A stretch of 42,362 bases of DNA from an uncultured Candidatus Saccharibacteria bacterium (GCA_946532885.1 CAMNBP010000001.1:1-42362), one strand, 5' to 3'. Positions 1-7,750 are shown, numbered from the stretch's first letter. Notes: generated by a model not told the origin, from the letters alone. Numbers and translations: made by a program.

Positions 1-43
1 GGCATGGAAGAGGTGAGGAGTTCGAATCTCCTGTGCTCCACCA
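1..43 (+). tRNA. 3' portion of a tRNA, most likely tRNA-Ala(GGC); 5' part lies outside the window
   Basis: T-arm AGGAG(16-20)/TTCGAAT(21-27)/CTCCT(28-32), acceptor 3' strand GTGCTCC(33-39), discriminator A40, encoded CCA 41-43. Counting back with a 5-nt variable loop puts GGC (1-3) at the anticodon. U at tRNA position 70 and A73 fit alanine identity. A tmRNA 3' end is not excluded. Confidence 0.6.
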
Positions 44-108
44 TTTTTGTCTTATTCAAACTTCCGAGAAAGTTGACCTCTGGAGTGAGTCGCCGAAAGG
101 CGATTTTT
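37..108 (+). repeat. Direct repeat copy 1 (attL-like): last 7 nt of the tRNA plus its downstream terminator
   Basis: TCCACCATTTTTGTCTTATTCAAACTTCCGAGAAAGTTGACCTCTGGAGTGAGTCGCCGAAAGGCGATTTTT, identical to 3656-3727. Confidence 0.95.
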
Positions 109-109
109 T
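88..109 (+). terminator. Intrinsic terminator downstream of the tRNA
   Basis: Hairpin (AG)TCGCC-GAAA-GGCGA(TT) followed by a T-run (104-109). Confidence 0.6.
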
Positions 110-187
110 GTTGATTTTACAGGGGTATTTGCAGCCAAAGTCGTTTCATTGCGTCAGTTTTTGAAACACCAAAAAATGGTGGTTTGA

Positions 188-493
188 ATGAAGGTTGCTT
201 GCCAACACCTAAAGTTTCTTATTCAAACTTCTGGTTTTAGTCTCTGTTATTTGGCTCATACTAAGACATCAGCATATGGACGTACTGATACGAAGAAAAT
301 CCCTCAGCTTAATGAGAAGTTGAGGGATTATTATTTGCAGAAATCTTTGGAACAAGCCGGAAAGAGGCGAACGTATAAGAACGAGGCGCGGGTGTTGCCA
401 CTAATGAGGCAGGAGATTGATGTAGAAAAGCTAGCGCAGGCGCTAATTATGATGGCGAAGGATATGGCGACAAAAAGTGAATCGGCCAAGTGA
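188..493 (+). CDS. Doubtful 101-aa ORF (hypothetical, or a gene remnant) filling the gap between the left repeat and the REase promoter
   Basis: Open frame only. I see no SD or promoter, and the N-terminal third is not protein-like. The C-terminal half (..RQEIDVEKLAQALIMMAKDMA..) looks helical. Confidence 0.2.
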   Translation: MKVACQHLKFLIQTSGFSLCYLAHTKTSAYGRTDTKKIPQLNEKLRDYYLQKSLEQAGKRRTYKNEARVLPLMRQEIDVEKLAQALIMMAKDMATKSESAK

Positions 494-499
494 TATAAT
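491..499 (+). promoter_or_regulatory. Extended -10 promoter (TGATATAAT) for the REase gene
   Basis: TGATATAAT lies 8 nt upstream of ATG508 with no SD in between. Confidence 0.45.
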
Positions 500-507
500 A
501 CCATTAA

Positions 508-1899
508 ATGAATAGCGAGTACGACCGTTCTGATCCGAAGAGCATTGAGAGATATGCACAGGGTCTAATAGGTCGTACTTTTCGTAATGTAGTTGAAAAT
601 GACACGCATAATGTTAGTGGTATTGTCGATGACGGCGGGTTTAATAAAAAAGGTGGACTAGGTGTTTTGTTGGAAGAGCGCTATTTTCACTATAAGGCAA
701 ATAGCGATTCTCGGCCCGATTTCGATGAGGCTGGCGTTGAGCTAAAAGTTACGCCATATAAATACAACTCCAAAAGCGAAAAAGTCGCAAAAGAGCGATT
801 AGTTATAACGATGATTGACTACATGAATGTAGTCAATGAGGCATTTGGCGATAGTCATTTATGGCTAAAAGCTAGGTTAATGCTTTTAATTTACTATTTG
901 TATCGTAAAGAAATTCGGGATCGGCTCGATTATAGAATTGATTATGTTTCGCTCTTTACTCCACCAGAAGAAGACCTAGAAATTATAAAAGCCGACTTCG
1001 AGAAAATAGTTGATAAAATTAAGGCCGGAAAAGCCCATGAATTGTCAGAGGGCGATACTATGTATCTAGCGGCCTGTACAAAATCGAGCGATTCTAGCGT
1101 TCGTCGTTCTCAGCCGTATAGTGATATCCCAGCTAAGCCAAGAGCTTTTTCATTTAAAAGTTCATATATGACTTATGTTCTGAATAATTACGTTATTCCG
1201 AATACTCATAAAATAGACGCAATCGTAACTGGCGATAAGATAGTATCTTTTGAACAATATGTTATCGATAAAATCAATGCTTACAAGGGTTATTCCGAAG
1301 AACAACTATGCTCGGAATTTGGAATATCGACGAGTGAAGGCAAACCTAAAAATCTGGAGGCTATTCTTGCCTATCGCATATTGGGAGTTAAAAGCAACAA
1401 GGCCGAAGAGTTTGAGAAGGCCGGAATACGCGTAAAAACAATTCGCGTAGAATCAAATGGCTCTATCCGCGAAAGTATGTCTTTCCCTGCTATGAAATTT
1501 TCGAAAATCGCGAACGAAGAATGGGAAGACAGTGATTTCAGAAATTATCTTGATGAAACTAGGTTTTTCTTCGTAGTTTACAAGTATGACGAGAACGGTG
1601 TTTTAAGATTGCAGGGTTGTAAGTTCTGGAATATTCCTTACTCAGACTTAAATGAAGTTGAAGACGTGTGGCAAAAGACAAAAAATCTTATTTCTGGAGA
1701 TCTTCAGTTTGAGCGTGTGAACGGAAAATATCAGAGCAATTTTCCGAAGTCTTCGGATAGCTCGGTTTGCCATGTGCGTCCGCACGGTCGTAACGCTGAC
1801 GACGTTGATACTCTACCGGATGGAAGAGTCTTTCCGAAGCAGTGTTTTTGGCTTAATCGAGAGTATATTAAACGACAAATTGATGACTTGTTGGATTAA
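508..1899 (+). CDS. Type II restriction endonuclease, Sau3AI/MutH family (GATC-type specificity expected by analogy)
   Basis: 463 aa. Collinear, as far as I recall the Sau3AI sequence: KAHELSEGDTMYLAACTK, QPYSDIPAKPRAFSFKSSYMTYVL, ANEEWEDSDF..ETRFFFVV, VCHVRPHG, CFWLNREYIKRQIDDLL. A C5-MTase follows immediately, as in the Sau3AI operon. Confidence 0.88.
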   Translation: MNSEYDRSDPKSIERYAQGLIGRTFRNVVENDTHNVSGIVDDGGFNKKGGLGVLLEERYFHYKANSDSRPDFDEAGVELKVTPYKYNSKSEKVAKERLVITMIDYMNVVNEAFGDSHLWLKARLMLLIYYLYRKEIRDRLDYRIDYVSLFTPPEEDLEIIKADFEKIVDKIKAGKAHELSEGDTMYLAACTKSSDSSVRRSQPYSDIPAKPRAFSFKSSYMTYVLNNYVIPNTHKIDAIVTGDKIVSFEQYVIDKINAYKGYSEEQLCSEFGISTSEGKPKNLEAILAYRILGVKSNKAEEFEKAGIRVKTIRVESNGSIRESMSFPAMKFSKIANEEWEDSDFRNYLDETRFFFVVYKYDENGVLRLQGCKFWNIPYSDLNEVEDVWQKTKNLISGDLQFERVNGKYQSNFPKSSDSSVCHVRPHGRNADDVDTLPDGRVFPKQCFWLNREYIKRQIDDLLD

Positions 1900-1929
1900 C
1901 GTACTTACGCTTTTTAGGGGTCGTATCTG

Positions 1930-1938
1930 TGGTATAAT
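1930..1938 (+). promoter_or_regulatory. Extended -10 promoter (TGGTATAAT) for the methyltransferase gene
   Basis: TGGTATAAT in the R-M intergenic gap, followed by SD AAGGAGG (1957-1963) and GTG1967. Confidence 0.4.
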
Positions 1939-1966
1939 TTGATATGACAACTAAATAAGGAGGTAT

Positions 1967-3193
1967 GTGTCTCAGGATAAAATCCGGGTCGTAGAGTTAT
2001 TTGCCGGTGTCGGTGGATTCCGGGTTGGTTTTGAGCGCAGCTCCTCTATTTTTGAAACTGTTTGGGCTAATCAATGGGAGCCTGGACAGGCTGGTCAGTG
2101 GGCATACAAATGCTACGTAAAAAACTTCGGTAGCCCAGAAAAGTGCTCAAATGAAGATATTGCTACCGTTATTAATCAGGTTCCGGCTCATGATTTGTTG
2201 TGCGGCGGGTTTCCGTGCCAGGATTACTCTGTCGCTCATTCTTTATCTTCGTCGAAAGGGCTCGAGGGCAAGAAGGGTGTTCTTTGGTGGTCAATTAACG
2301 ATATTATAAAACTCCGCCATCCCAAATATGTATTTCTCGAGAATGTTGACCGATTGCTAAAATCGCCTGCAAAACAGCGCGGCAGAGATTTTGGTGTTAT
2401 ATTGCGTTGCTTGATGGATGAAGGTTATTGCGTAGAATGGCGAGTCATTAATGCCGCGGAGTATGGATTCGCGCAGCGTCGTCGTCGCACGTTTATTCTT
2501 GCCTACAAGAAGGGTACGAAATTACATAAGTTGCTTAAGGACGCACTCAAAAAAGATAATGGCGCGAAAAGTTGGATGTTATCGGATGGCGTCTTTGGTA
2601 CCGCATTTCCAGTAGAAAAAGACAACGTCAAGCGCATCATGGAGGCCGATGTGTCAAGGTTTGCGGATCTTGCGGATTTGTCTGACCATTTCTCGGCGCA
2701 GTTTAATAATGCAGGAGTAATGGTTGACGGAAAGGTAATTTCTATCGAGGCTACTCCGATTCTCGAAACGCCAATAACATTGTCTAAGATAGTCGAAAAG
2801 AATGGTGTGGACGACCATTTCTACATTACGGACGACAAAATGGGTAAATGGACTTATCTAAAAGGCTCTAAAAAGATTGAAAGAACTTCGAATACTGGCT
2901 ACAAATATACTTTTTCGGAAGGCGCAATAGCTTTCCCTGATCCGCTTGATCGTCCAGCACGCACTATGCTAACGAGCGAGAGTACATTGAATCGTAGTAC
3001 TCATGTAATTGAGGACCCGAAAACCAAGAAACTTCGCAGATTGACGCCAGTTGAGTGTGAGCGCATTAATGGCTTTCCGGATAATTGGACAAATACGGAA
3101 ATGCCAGAACGTCAGCGATATTTTATTATGGGCAACGCATTAGTAGTGCCAATTATTGAACGAGTTGCTAGTGAGCTAAAGAAGCGCTTGTAG
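1967..3193 (+). CDS. DNA (cytosine-5)-methyltransferase
   Basis: 408 aa with C5-MTase motifs in canonical order: I ELFAGVGGF, IV GGFPCQDYS, VI FLENVDRL, VIII QRRRRTFI, X GNALVVP. GTG start. Confidence 0.93.
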   Translation: MSQDKIRVVELFAGVGGFRVGFERSSSIFETVWANQWEPGQAGQWAYKCYVKNFGSPEKCSNEDIATVINQVPAHDLLCGGFPCQDYSVAHSLSSSKGLEGKKGVLWWSINDIIKLRHPKYVFLENVDRLLKSPAKQRGRDFGVILRCLMDEGYCVEWRVINAAEYGFAQRRRRTFILAYKKGTKLHKLLKDALKKDNGAKSWMLSDGVFGTAFPVEKDNVKRIMEADVSRFADLADLSDHFSAQFNNAGVMVDGKVISIEATPILETPITLSKIVEKNGVDDHFYITDDKMGKWTYLKGSKKIERTSNTGYKYTFSEGAIAFPDPLDRPARTMLTSESTLNRSTHVIEDPKTKKLRRLTPVECERINGFPDNWTNTEMPERQRYFIMGNALVVPIIERVASELKKRL

Positions 3194-3195
3194 TA

Positions 3196-3663
3196 TTACC
3201 TCTTCGGATACTCCCAGCTCTTCCGGATATAGATTCCATTCTCTTTGAGGACTTTGCGAACAGTATCACCATTGACGCCTACGATGGCTCCGACTTCCTT
3301 TGGCGTTTTCATCTCGGCATATAGCTCAATAATCTTTTTGACTAGCTCTGGTTTCTTGGACGCTAGATGAGATACTTCTATGCCATTACGTTTGAGCGTG
3401 TCGCTAATAGTTCTACGATGACAGCCAAAATCTGCCGCTAGTTTATATATAGAAGCTCCATTCTGATATCTTTCGCAAATGGTTTGAATTTCTAACTTAG
3501 ATAGGCGTTTTTGGCGCTGAGTGATGGATCTTATAACTTTTTCTTTTGGATATGGGTATTTCGCATCGTCTGATTCTGTGGTATTATCAGGGGTAGATTT
3601 GACCTTATTGACATATTCCCATAATGTTGTATGGTTTGAATAAAGTTGCGATAGGTCCACCAT
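3196..3663 (-). CDS. Tandem helix-turn-helix DNA-binding protein (resolvase/transposase-type HTHs, no catalytic domain)
   Basis: Two HTH units: LSKLEIQTICERYQNGASIYKLAADFGCHRRTISDTLKRNG and ELVKKIIELYAEMKTPKEVGAIVGVNGDTVRKVLKENG. I prefer ATG3663 (MVDLSQ..) to the track's TTG3678. Both lie inside the right repeat. Confidence 0.6.
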   Translation of the reverse strand: MVDLSQLYSNHTTLWEYVNKVKSTPDNTTESDDAKYPYPKEKVIRSITQRQKRLSKLEIQTICERYQNGASIYKLAADFGCHRRTISDTLKRNGIEVSHLASKKPELVKKIIELYAEMKTPKEVGAIVGVNGDTVRKVLKENGIYIRKSWEYPKR

Positions 3664-3727
3664 TTTTGTCTTATTCAAACTTCCGAGAAAGTTGACCTCT
3701 GGAGTGAGTCGCCGAAAGGCGATTTTT
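3656..3727 (+). repeat. Direct repeat copy 2 (attR-like)
   Basis: 72/72 identity with 37-108, including a second copy of the terminator hairpin (3707-3727). Confidence 0.95.
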
Positions 3728-3833
3728 ATTTGTAGGTTTTTGAGCTATCTTTGGATTCATTTATGGCGACCGCGGTTTAGTGCATGCTAAAATTAAGGAA
3801 AAGACCTTTCGGTAATCGGACTTAGGCAAGTTG

Positions 3834-4988
3834 ATGAAGCGTAATAAAATATTTTTAATTATTATTTTCGCAATGACGGTTGGGGCGTTTTTGGTTCTAG
3901 TAAATATAAATTCGCGGCTAGAGAAAATCGCATACGAAAGAGATAGCGTGTCGGATGACTGGCTGCATTATTCTAGTAAGAAAGATGAGTGCTCCGGTAG
4001 GGCGAATACGACGAATTATTATATAAATAATGCCGGATTGACCGATTGTGGTGCCGACTTGGCTATAGAGGCAAAAACAAAGTTTGTCTCACTTTCCGAC
4101 ATATATCATAACTATTGTAATATGGGGTTTGGTATGGCCGTATATGGCTGCACTATTCCTTTGACGAGGCAAGTATACGTATGTATTCCTGGCACTACCC
4201 TTTATGACGAAAGAGTTTCATATGCGTCTTATTATTATACCGAGTATGAATATATATCGTACGCATGTGAAGATGTTGGTAACACGATACGTCATGAATT
4301 ATTGCATTTGGTATATTTAGATTTGACGGATTCAGAACGATCTGCTGTCGATTCTAAGCTCGCAAAGTACGAATCACGGTATGCTAGCCAGATTAATTCT
4401 TATTCGTCCACTCAGCGCGCGAGTGAACTGTTTGTACGTGTAGGGGCAGATGGAACAAAAGTGGACGATATACAATTGGCCGATCTGTATTCTAAAGTGT
4501 CTGCTTCTTATACTGAGCAAAAACAGGAATATTATGGGACCTTGGAAAACACCGCTGAAGAATATTTGGATAAGTATAATGATTTATACGACAGCTATTC
4601 CGTGTTTCGTGTACTTGCGATTATTTTTCTAATTGTAAACATTTTGACTCTTGCCGCCTTAGCATTTTCTTCAAAAGAGCCATTTCGTGATATATGCAAA
4701 AACTTGATAAATAGGAATAAGCCTAAAATAACAATAAAAACTAACGGTGGTCATGGTGAGCGCGACCATGAGTGCGGCGTTTGTGGTGCGCTGGCGCATT
4801 CTGGTGATGTCTATTGTTCGGAATGTGGCGCATGGTTGGGTTCGTCTAGTAGGCGCAAGGAGGTTAATGTTTTTTCAAAAAACGGCAAGAGGACAGAAAA
4901 GAAAAAACGAGAAGACATTGTGCCTGCCTTTATTATTGTTGCTTTATTGCTTTTGTTGATTATCTGCTTTGTAGTGTCTTCGGCATAA
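3834..4988 (+). CDS. Membrane protein with Cys-rich HExxH (putative Zn-metallopeptidase-like) ectodomain, a cytoplasmic zinc ribbon and a C-terminal TM
   Basis: N-terminal TM (IFLIIIFAMTVGAFLVLV), IRHELLHLVY (HExxH), second TM (VLAIIFLIVNILTLAALAF), CGVCG..x10..CSECG zinc ribbon, K/R-rich stretch, terminal TM. ATG3834 follows the track's TTG3831. Confidence 0.55.
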   Translation: MKRNKIFLIIIFAMTVGAFLVLVNINSRLEKIAYERDSVSDDWLHYSSKKDECSGRANTTNYYINNAGLTDCGADLAIEAKTKFVSLSDIYHNYCNMGFGMAVYGCTIPLTRQVYVCIPGTTLYDERVSYASYYYTEYEYISYACEDVGNTIRHELLHLVYLDLTDSERSAVDSKLAKYESRYASQINSYSSTQRASELFVRVGADGTKVDDIQLADLYSKVSASYTEQKQEYYGTLENTAEEYLDKYNDLYDSYSVFRVLAIIFLIVNILTLAALAFSSKEPFRDICKNLINRNKPKITIKTNGGHGERDHECGVCGALAHSGDVYCSECGAWLGSSSRRKEVNVFSKNGKRTEKKKREDIVPAFIIVALLLLLIICFVVSSA

Positions 4989-5057
4989 ACGAGTCGCCAA
5001 ATAATATTGAAATTTTTTTGATTTAATGGCGGGCCCTCTGGTGAAGAGTGCTTTTAT

Positions 5058-5993
5058 CTATTTATGCTGTTTTTTTGCTCTTTCTATGAGCGCTTCGGGA
5101 TTTATATAGTAATATCCACCTTTAAGAAAACGCCAGATGCCTACTAAGAGTAGCCCAGTAAAGACTATATAGGTGCCTCCAGGTTTGGCGCTTGAACTTG
5201 AAATGCTAGTGAGTATTAGGCCAATAACAAACATTGCGACGCCGGAGCCCATCAGAGAGCTTGCTTTACTCCTGATTTCTGCGTAGAGTTTGAGTTTTGT
5301 GTCTGATATTGCTTTGCCTATATGGCGGAAGAAGTATTTTATGTCAAAGCACGAATATTCTTCTTCAACTGAGCGCGACTGCTTCTTTGGGTGTCCATCC
5401 ATAATTCGCTGGTAGGCCTCGTTTATCTCTGCAAACTTTTTGTCGTCACCACCAACATCTGGATGATATTTGAGGGCTAGTTTTTTGAATGCTGTTTTAA
5501 TTTCGTCTTTTGAGTCATGCGACGAACATCCTAGGGTCTTAAAATCATCTCCCCCATGCCCTTCTCCGAGAATAACCAGGGAAATGATTAGATGCGCATG
5601 GAGATTTCTTTCTGGATCATTGAGCAGCCACTCGCATCGTTCGTCTTCTCCTGGGTCGGCGCTAGCATCTAATTCATCTAAAATTTTATGGGCGTATTCG
5701 ATGGCATTCTTTTTGGTGGTAAAACGGCGAGTTATGGGGCGGTTTGCGTTTTTTGCGTAGGTTAGGTCATATCTTACGTTTGCATTCCATTGCGGGACTA
5801 TCTTAATTTTTAGTTCTTGTCCCGAAGTTAGCGTCGCGATATATTGGTCTTCTTTGGCGGTTTTATGGAGGTCTTCGATGACTGATTTACCTATATCGCT
5901 GCATTCATTGATAAAGTCTACGGCGTCGTCATGGCTCTCAAAAAAATGAGCAGATTTTAGAGAGTCAAGACTATATATTACTAGATATCCCAT
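5058..5993 (-). CDS. J-domain (DnaJ-like) protein with a C-terminal two-TM membrane anchor
   Basis: DFKTLGCSSHDSKDEIKTAFKKLALKYHPDVGGDDKKFAEINEAYQRI carries the HPD motif. There is no G/F region, DnaJ zinc finger or DnaJ C-terminal domain. The C-terminus has hydrophobic helices (GSGVAMFVIGLILTSI, IVFTGLLLVGIW). Confidence 0.75.
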   Translation of the reverse strand: MGYLVIYSLDSLKSAHFFESHDDAVDFINECSDIGKSVIEDLHKTAKEDQYIATLTSGQELKIKIVPQWNANVRYDLTYAKNANRPITRRFTTKKNAIEYAHKILDELDASADPGEDERCEWLLNDPERNLHAHLIISLVILGEGHGGDDFKTLGCSSHDSKDEIKTAFKKLALKYHPDVGGDDKKFAEINEAYQRIMDGHPKKQSRSVEEEYSCFDIKYFFRHIGKAISDTKLKLYAEIRSKASSLMGSGVAMFVIGLILTSISSSSAKPGGTYIVFTGLLLVGIWRFLKGGYYYINPEALIERAKKQHK

Positions 5994-6073
5994 ATTTGAA
6001 AAATTATGGTAATAGTATTATACAATTTTATGGCTTCTGCAAGGATAAGCGGTTTCTGGCGGAGCGTCTTATT

Positions 6074-6082
6074 TGATATAAT
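6074..6082 (+). promoter_or_regulatory. Extended -10 promoter (TGATATAAT); predicted leaderless transcript
   Basis: TATAAT 6077-6082 with exactly 6 nt to ATG6089. Confidence 0.5.
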
Positions 6083-6088
6083 TGTAAT

Positions 6089-6772
6089 ATGTGTGCTAGT
6101 TCGAAGCGTAAGTATTGCGCTGAATGTGGTGAAAGTATTGTCGCGTCTGCGAAATATTGCCCTTCTTGTGGTGCGCCTCAGAAGAAATTCGAGGCGAATA
6201 ACGAATATATCGAAAAGGACGACAGCGCTTCTGAGCGCGATTATCATCGTGCGGTAAATGAAATACATGAATCAAAGTATGAGCGTCCACCAAAAAAGAA
6301 TAACAAAGTTAAGGGTATTGGCGGGTGGCTCTTATTCTATGTTATATGGATGTGCGTATCATTGATAATAATAGTCGTAAATAGCGGATCCGGTATAACC
6401 AATTCAGATTGCGATTTTTTAAATGAAATATATGGTGGTTTTTGCAATGGAATTAAGGAGTCAATTTCCGTTGAGAATTTTATGACGGCGGTAAGGTTTG
6501 TGGCTCTAATAATCAGTATCATCCTAATTCTTTCTAAGAAGAAAGTTGCTATAAAGTATAATTTATTTTTGCTTCTTGCTTTCGGACTTTGGGTAATAAT
6601 TGATACATCTTGGGTAGTATCCATAATAGGACAGTATGATATTCCTTCAAATGTTTCTGGTTCAATGGTGGGTGAAGCGGTAGGTTCTGCACTTGGGAGC
6701 GTAGCATTTTGTTGCATTTGGGCTCCATATTTTCTTAAATCCGAACGCGTCAAGAACACACTCACGCAATAA
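6089..6772 (+). CDS. N-terminal zinc-ribbon + polytopic membrane protein (DUF2569-like)
   Basis: CAECG..x10..CPSCG zinc ribbon, a charged linker, then GIGGWLLFYVIWM.. and about four more hydrophobic helices. Confidence 0.6.
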   Translation: MCASSKRKYCAECGESIVASAKYCPSCGAPQKKFEANNEYIEKDDSASERDYHRAVNEIHESKYERPPKKNNKVKGIGGWLLFYVIWMCVSLIIIVVNSGSGITNSDCDFLNEIYGGFCNGIKESISVENFMTAVRFVALIISIILILSKKKVAIKYNLFLLLAFGLWVIIDTSWVVSIIGQYDIPSNVSGSMVGEAVGSALGSVAFCCIWAPYFLKSERVKNTLTQ

Positions 6773-6864
6773 CGCGGCATTTCTTTGAATACCAAAGACT
6801 CTGATATCTTTCACAAATAGTTTTAATAGAGTCGCGATAGCCTCACCATTTTTGTTTTTATCTT

Positions 6865-7722
6865 TTAGTTGGCGTTATATCCGAATTCCCTGCTGTGTAG
6901 GGCTTCTTTCCACCATGATTCTCTGCCTATTATATATTCGTCGGAAACGTCATCGGTGAAGGTTTCAAGAATGGAGTATTGGAAATTGTCTTGGATATAC
7001 GAGAGGCCCTTTTCGTTTACTAGCTCTTGTAGCTTTTTGTTTGGATATTTGCCGTTTTCGACCTCGTTTTTATCGTAGCCGCTTTTGATGTATGTTTCCC
7101 AGCGGCCTAGAATGCCGTTCGCTCCGTAGGCGGAGCCGACATAGAGTTTGCCGGTAGTTCGGTCTGTGATTAGGTAAACGCCCTTGCGGCAGCTTAATGC
7201 TGTGCGCCATTCGGAGGATTCTAGCTTTTTCTTCAACTCGTGGTAACTTACAGATACATTCTTGTATCCCGGGAAGGTTTTATCGTCCAGGGTCTTGTCT
7301 GGATTCCAGATTTCGATAACCTCAAGTTCGTCGATGATATTTTTGGCTAGAACGATGCCATTCTGGAAGTTCTTATGGAATCTTATGACCAATCTAAAAT
7401 TATATTTCTTGGTCAAGTATTTGGCTGTCGCTGGCTTGGCTAAGCCATTATCTTCTACAACTTTGACAATTCCGGTCATGAGCCAATAATCGTCACGAAT
7501 TCGGATGAAGCCTATTGCGATAACGTCATCCGTGAACGATATGGATTTTTCGCGGTTATATACAAGATCAGTAAGGTTGATTTTGTCTTGCTTGGAAGGA
7601 TCTTCGGCGTCGGTATTCGGGTCAAAATCAATACCACTACTTGGCACCATGAAACGGATTTTTGTTTTGTTGATTTCTTCCTTCGTTAATTGGAGTAGAT
7701 CATTTAATTTGATATCTTCCAT
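6865..7722 (-). CDS. GIY-YIG nuclease family protein with an uncharacterised N-terminal domain
   Basis: C-terminal KGVYLITDRTTGKLYVGSAYG..GILGRWETY...FQYSILE...RESWWKEAL..REFGYNAN (GIY-YIG core). ATG7722 (MEDIKLN..) is preferred to TTG7728, with SD TAGGA 7 nt upstream. Confidence 0.8.
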   Translation of the reverse strand: MEDIKLNDLLQLTKEEINKTKIRFMVPSSGIDFDPNTDAEDPSKQDKINLTDLVYNREKSISFTDDVIAIGFIRIRDDYWLMTGIVKVVEDNGLAKPATAKYLTKKYNFRLVIRFHKNFQNGIVLAKNIIDELEVIEIWNPDKTLDDKTFPGYKNVSVSYHELKKKLESSEWRTALSCRKGVYLITDRTTGKLYVGSAYGANGILGRWETYIKSGYDKNEVENGKYPNKKLQELVNEKGLSYIQDNFQYSILETFTDDVSDEYIIGRESWWKEALHSREFGYNAN

Positions 7723-7750
7723 ATTCAATTCCTATTTCTTGTCGGCATAT

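Larger units (their letters stand above)
37..3727 (+). mobile_element. Small genomic islet (R-M cassette) bounded by 72-bp perfect direct repeats at a tRNA 3' end
   Basis: Identical 72-mers at 37-108 and 3656-3727 bracket the REase, MTase and tandem-HTH genes. No recombinase catalytic domain recognised inside. Confidence 0.6.

Noticed and set aside
1-43. Alternative reading of the opening 43 nt as the 3' end of tmRNA (ssrA), a classic island integration site
   Set aside because: Not fully excluded, since the acceptor end GCTCCACCA fits both. However, the GGC at the position expected for the anticodon together with U70 and A73 makes an ordinary tRNA-Ala the simpler reading. The 5' part is outside the window.
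1250-1435. 61-aa ORF nested in the REase gene; similar short nested ORFs occur elsewhere (4450-4632, 4747-4959, 13352-13910, 15162-15884 and others)
   Set aside because: Alternative-frame or antisense ORFs inside longer genes with recognisable domains, with no independent support.
5981-6293. ORFs 5981-6268(-), 6006-6257(+) and 6096-6293(-) around the divergent promoter region
   Set aside because: They span the intergenic promoter region and overlap the well-supported zinc-ribbon gene (6089-6772). Their translations are I/R/L-rich nonsense with no signals.
6337-6795. 152-aa minus-strand ORF
   Set aside because: Fully antisense to the membrane protein gene 6089-6772, which has a zinc ribbon, TM helices and a precisely placed promoter. 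Shadow ORF.
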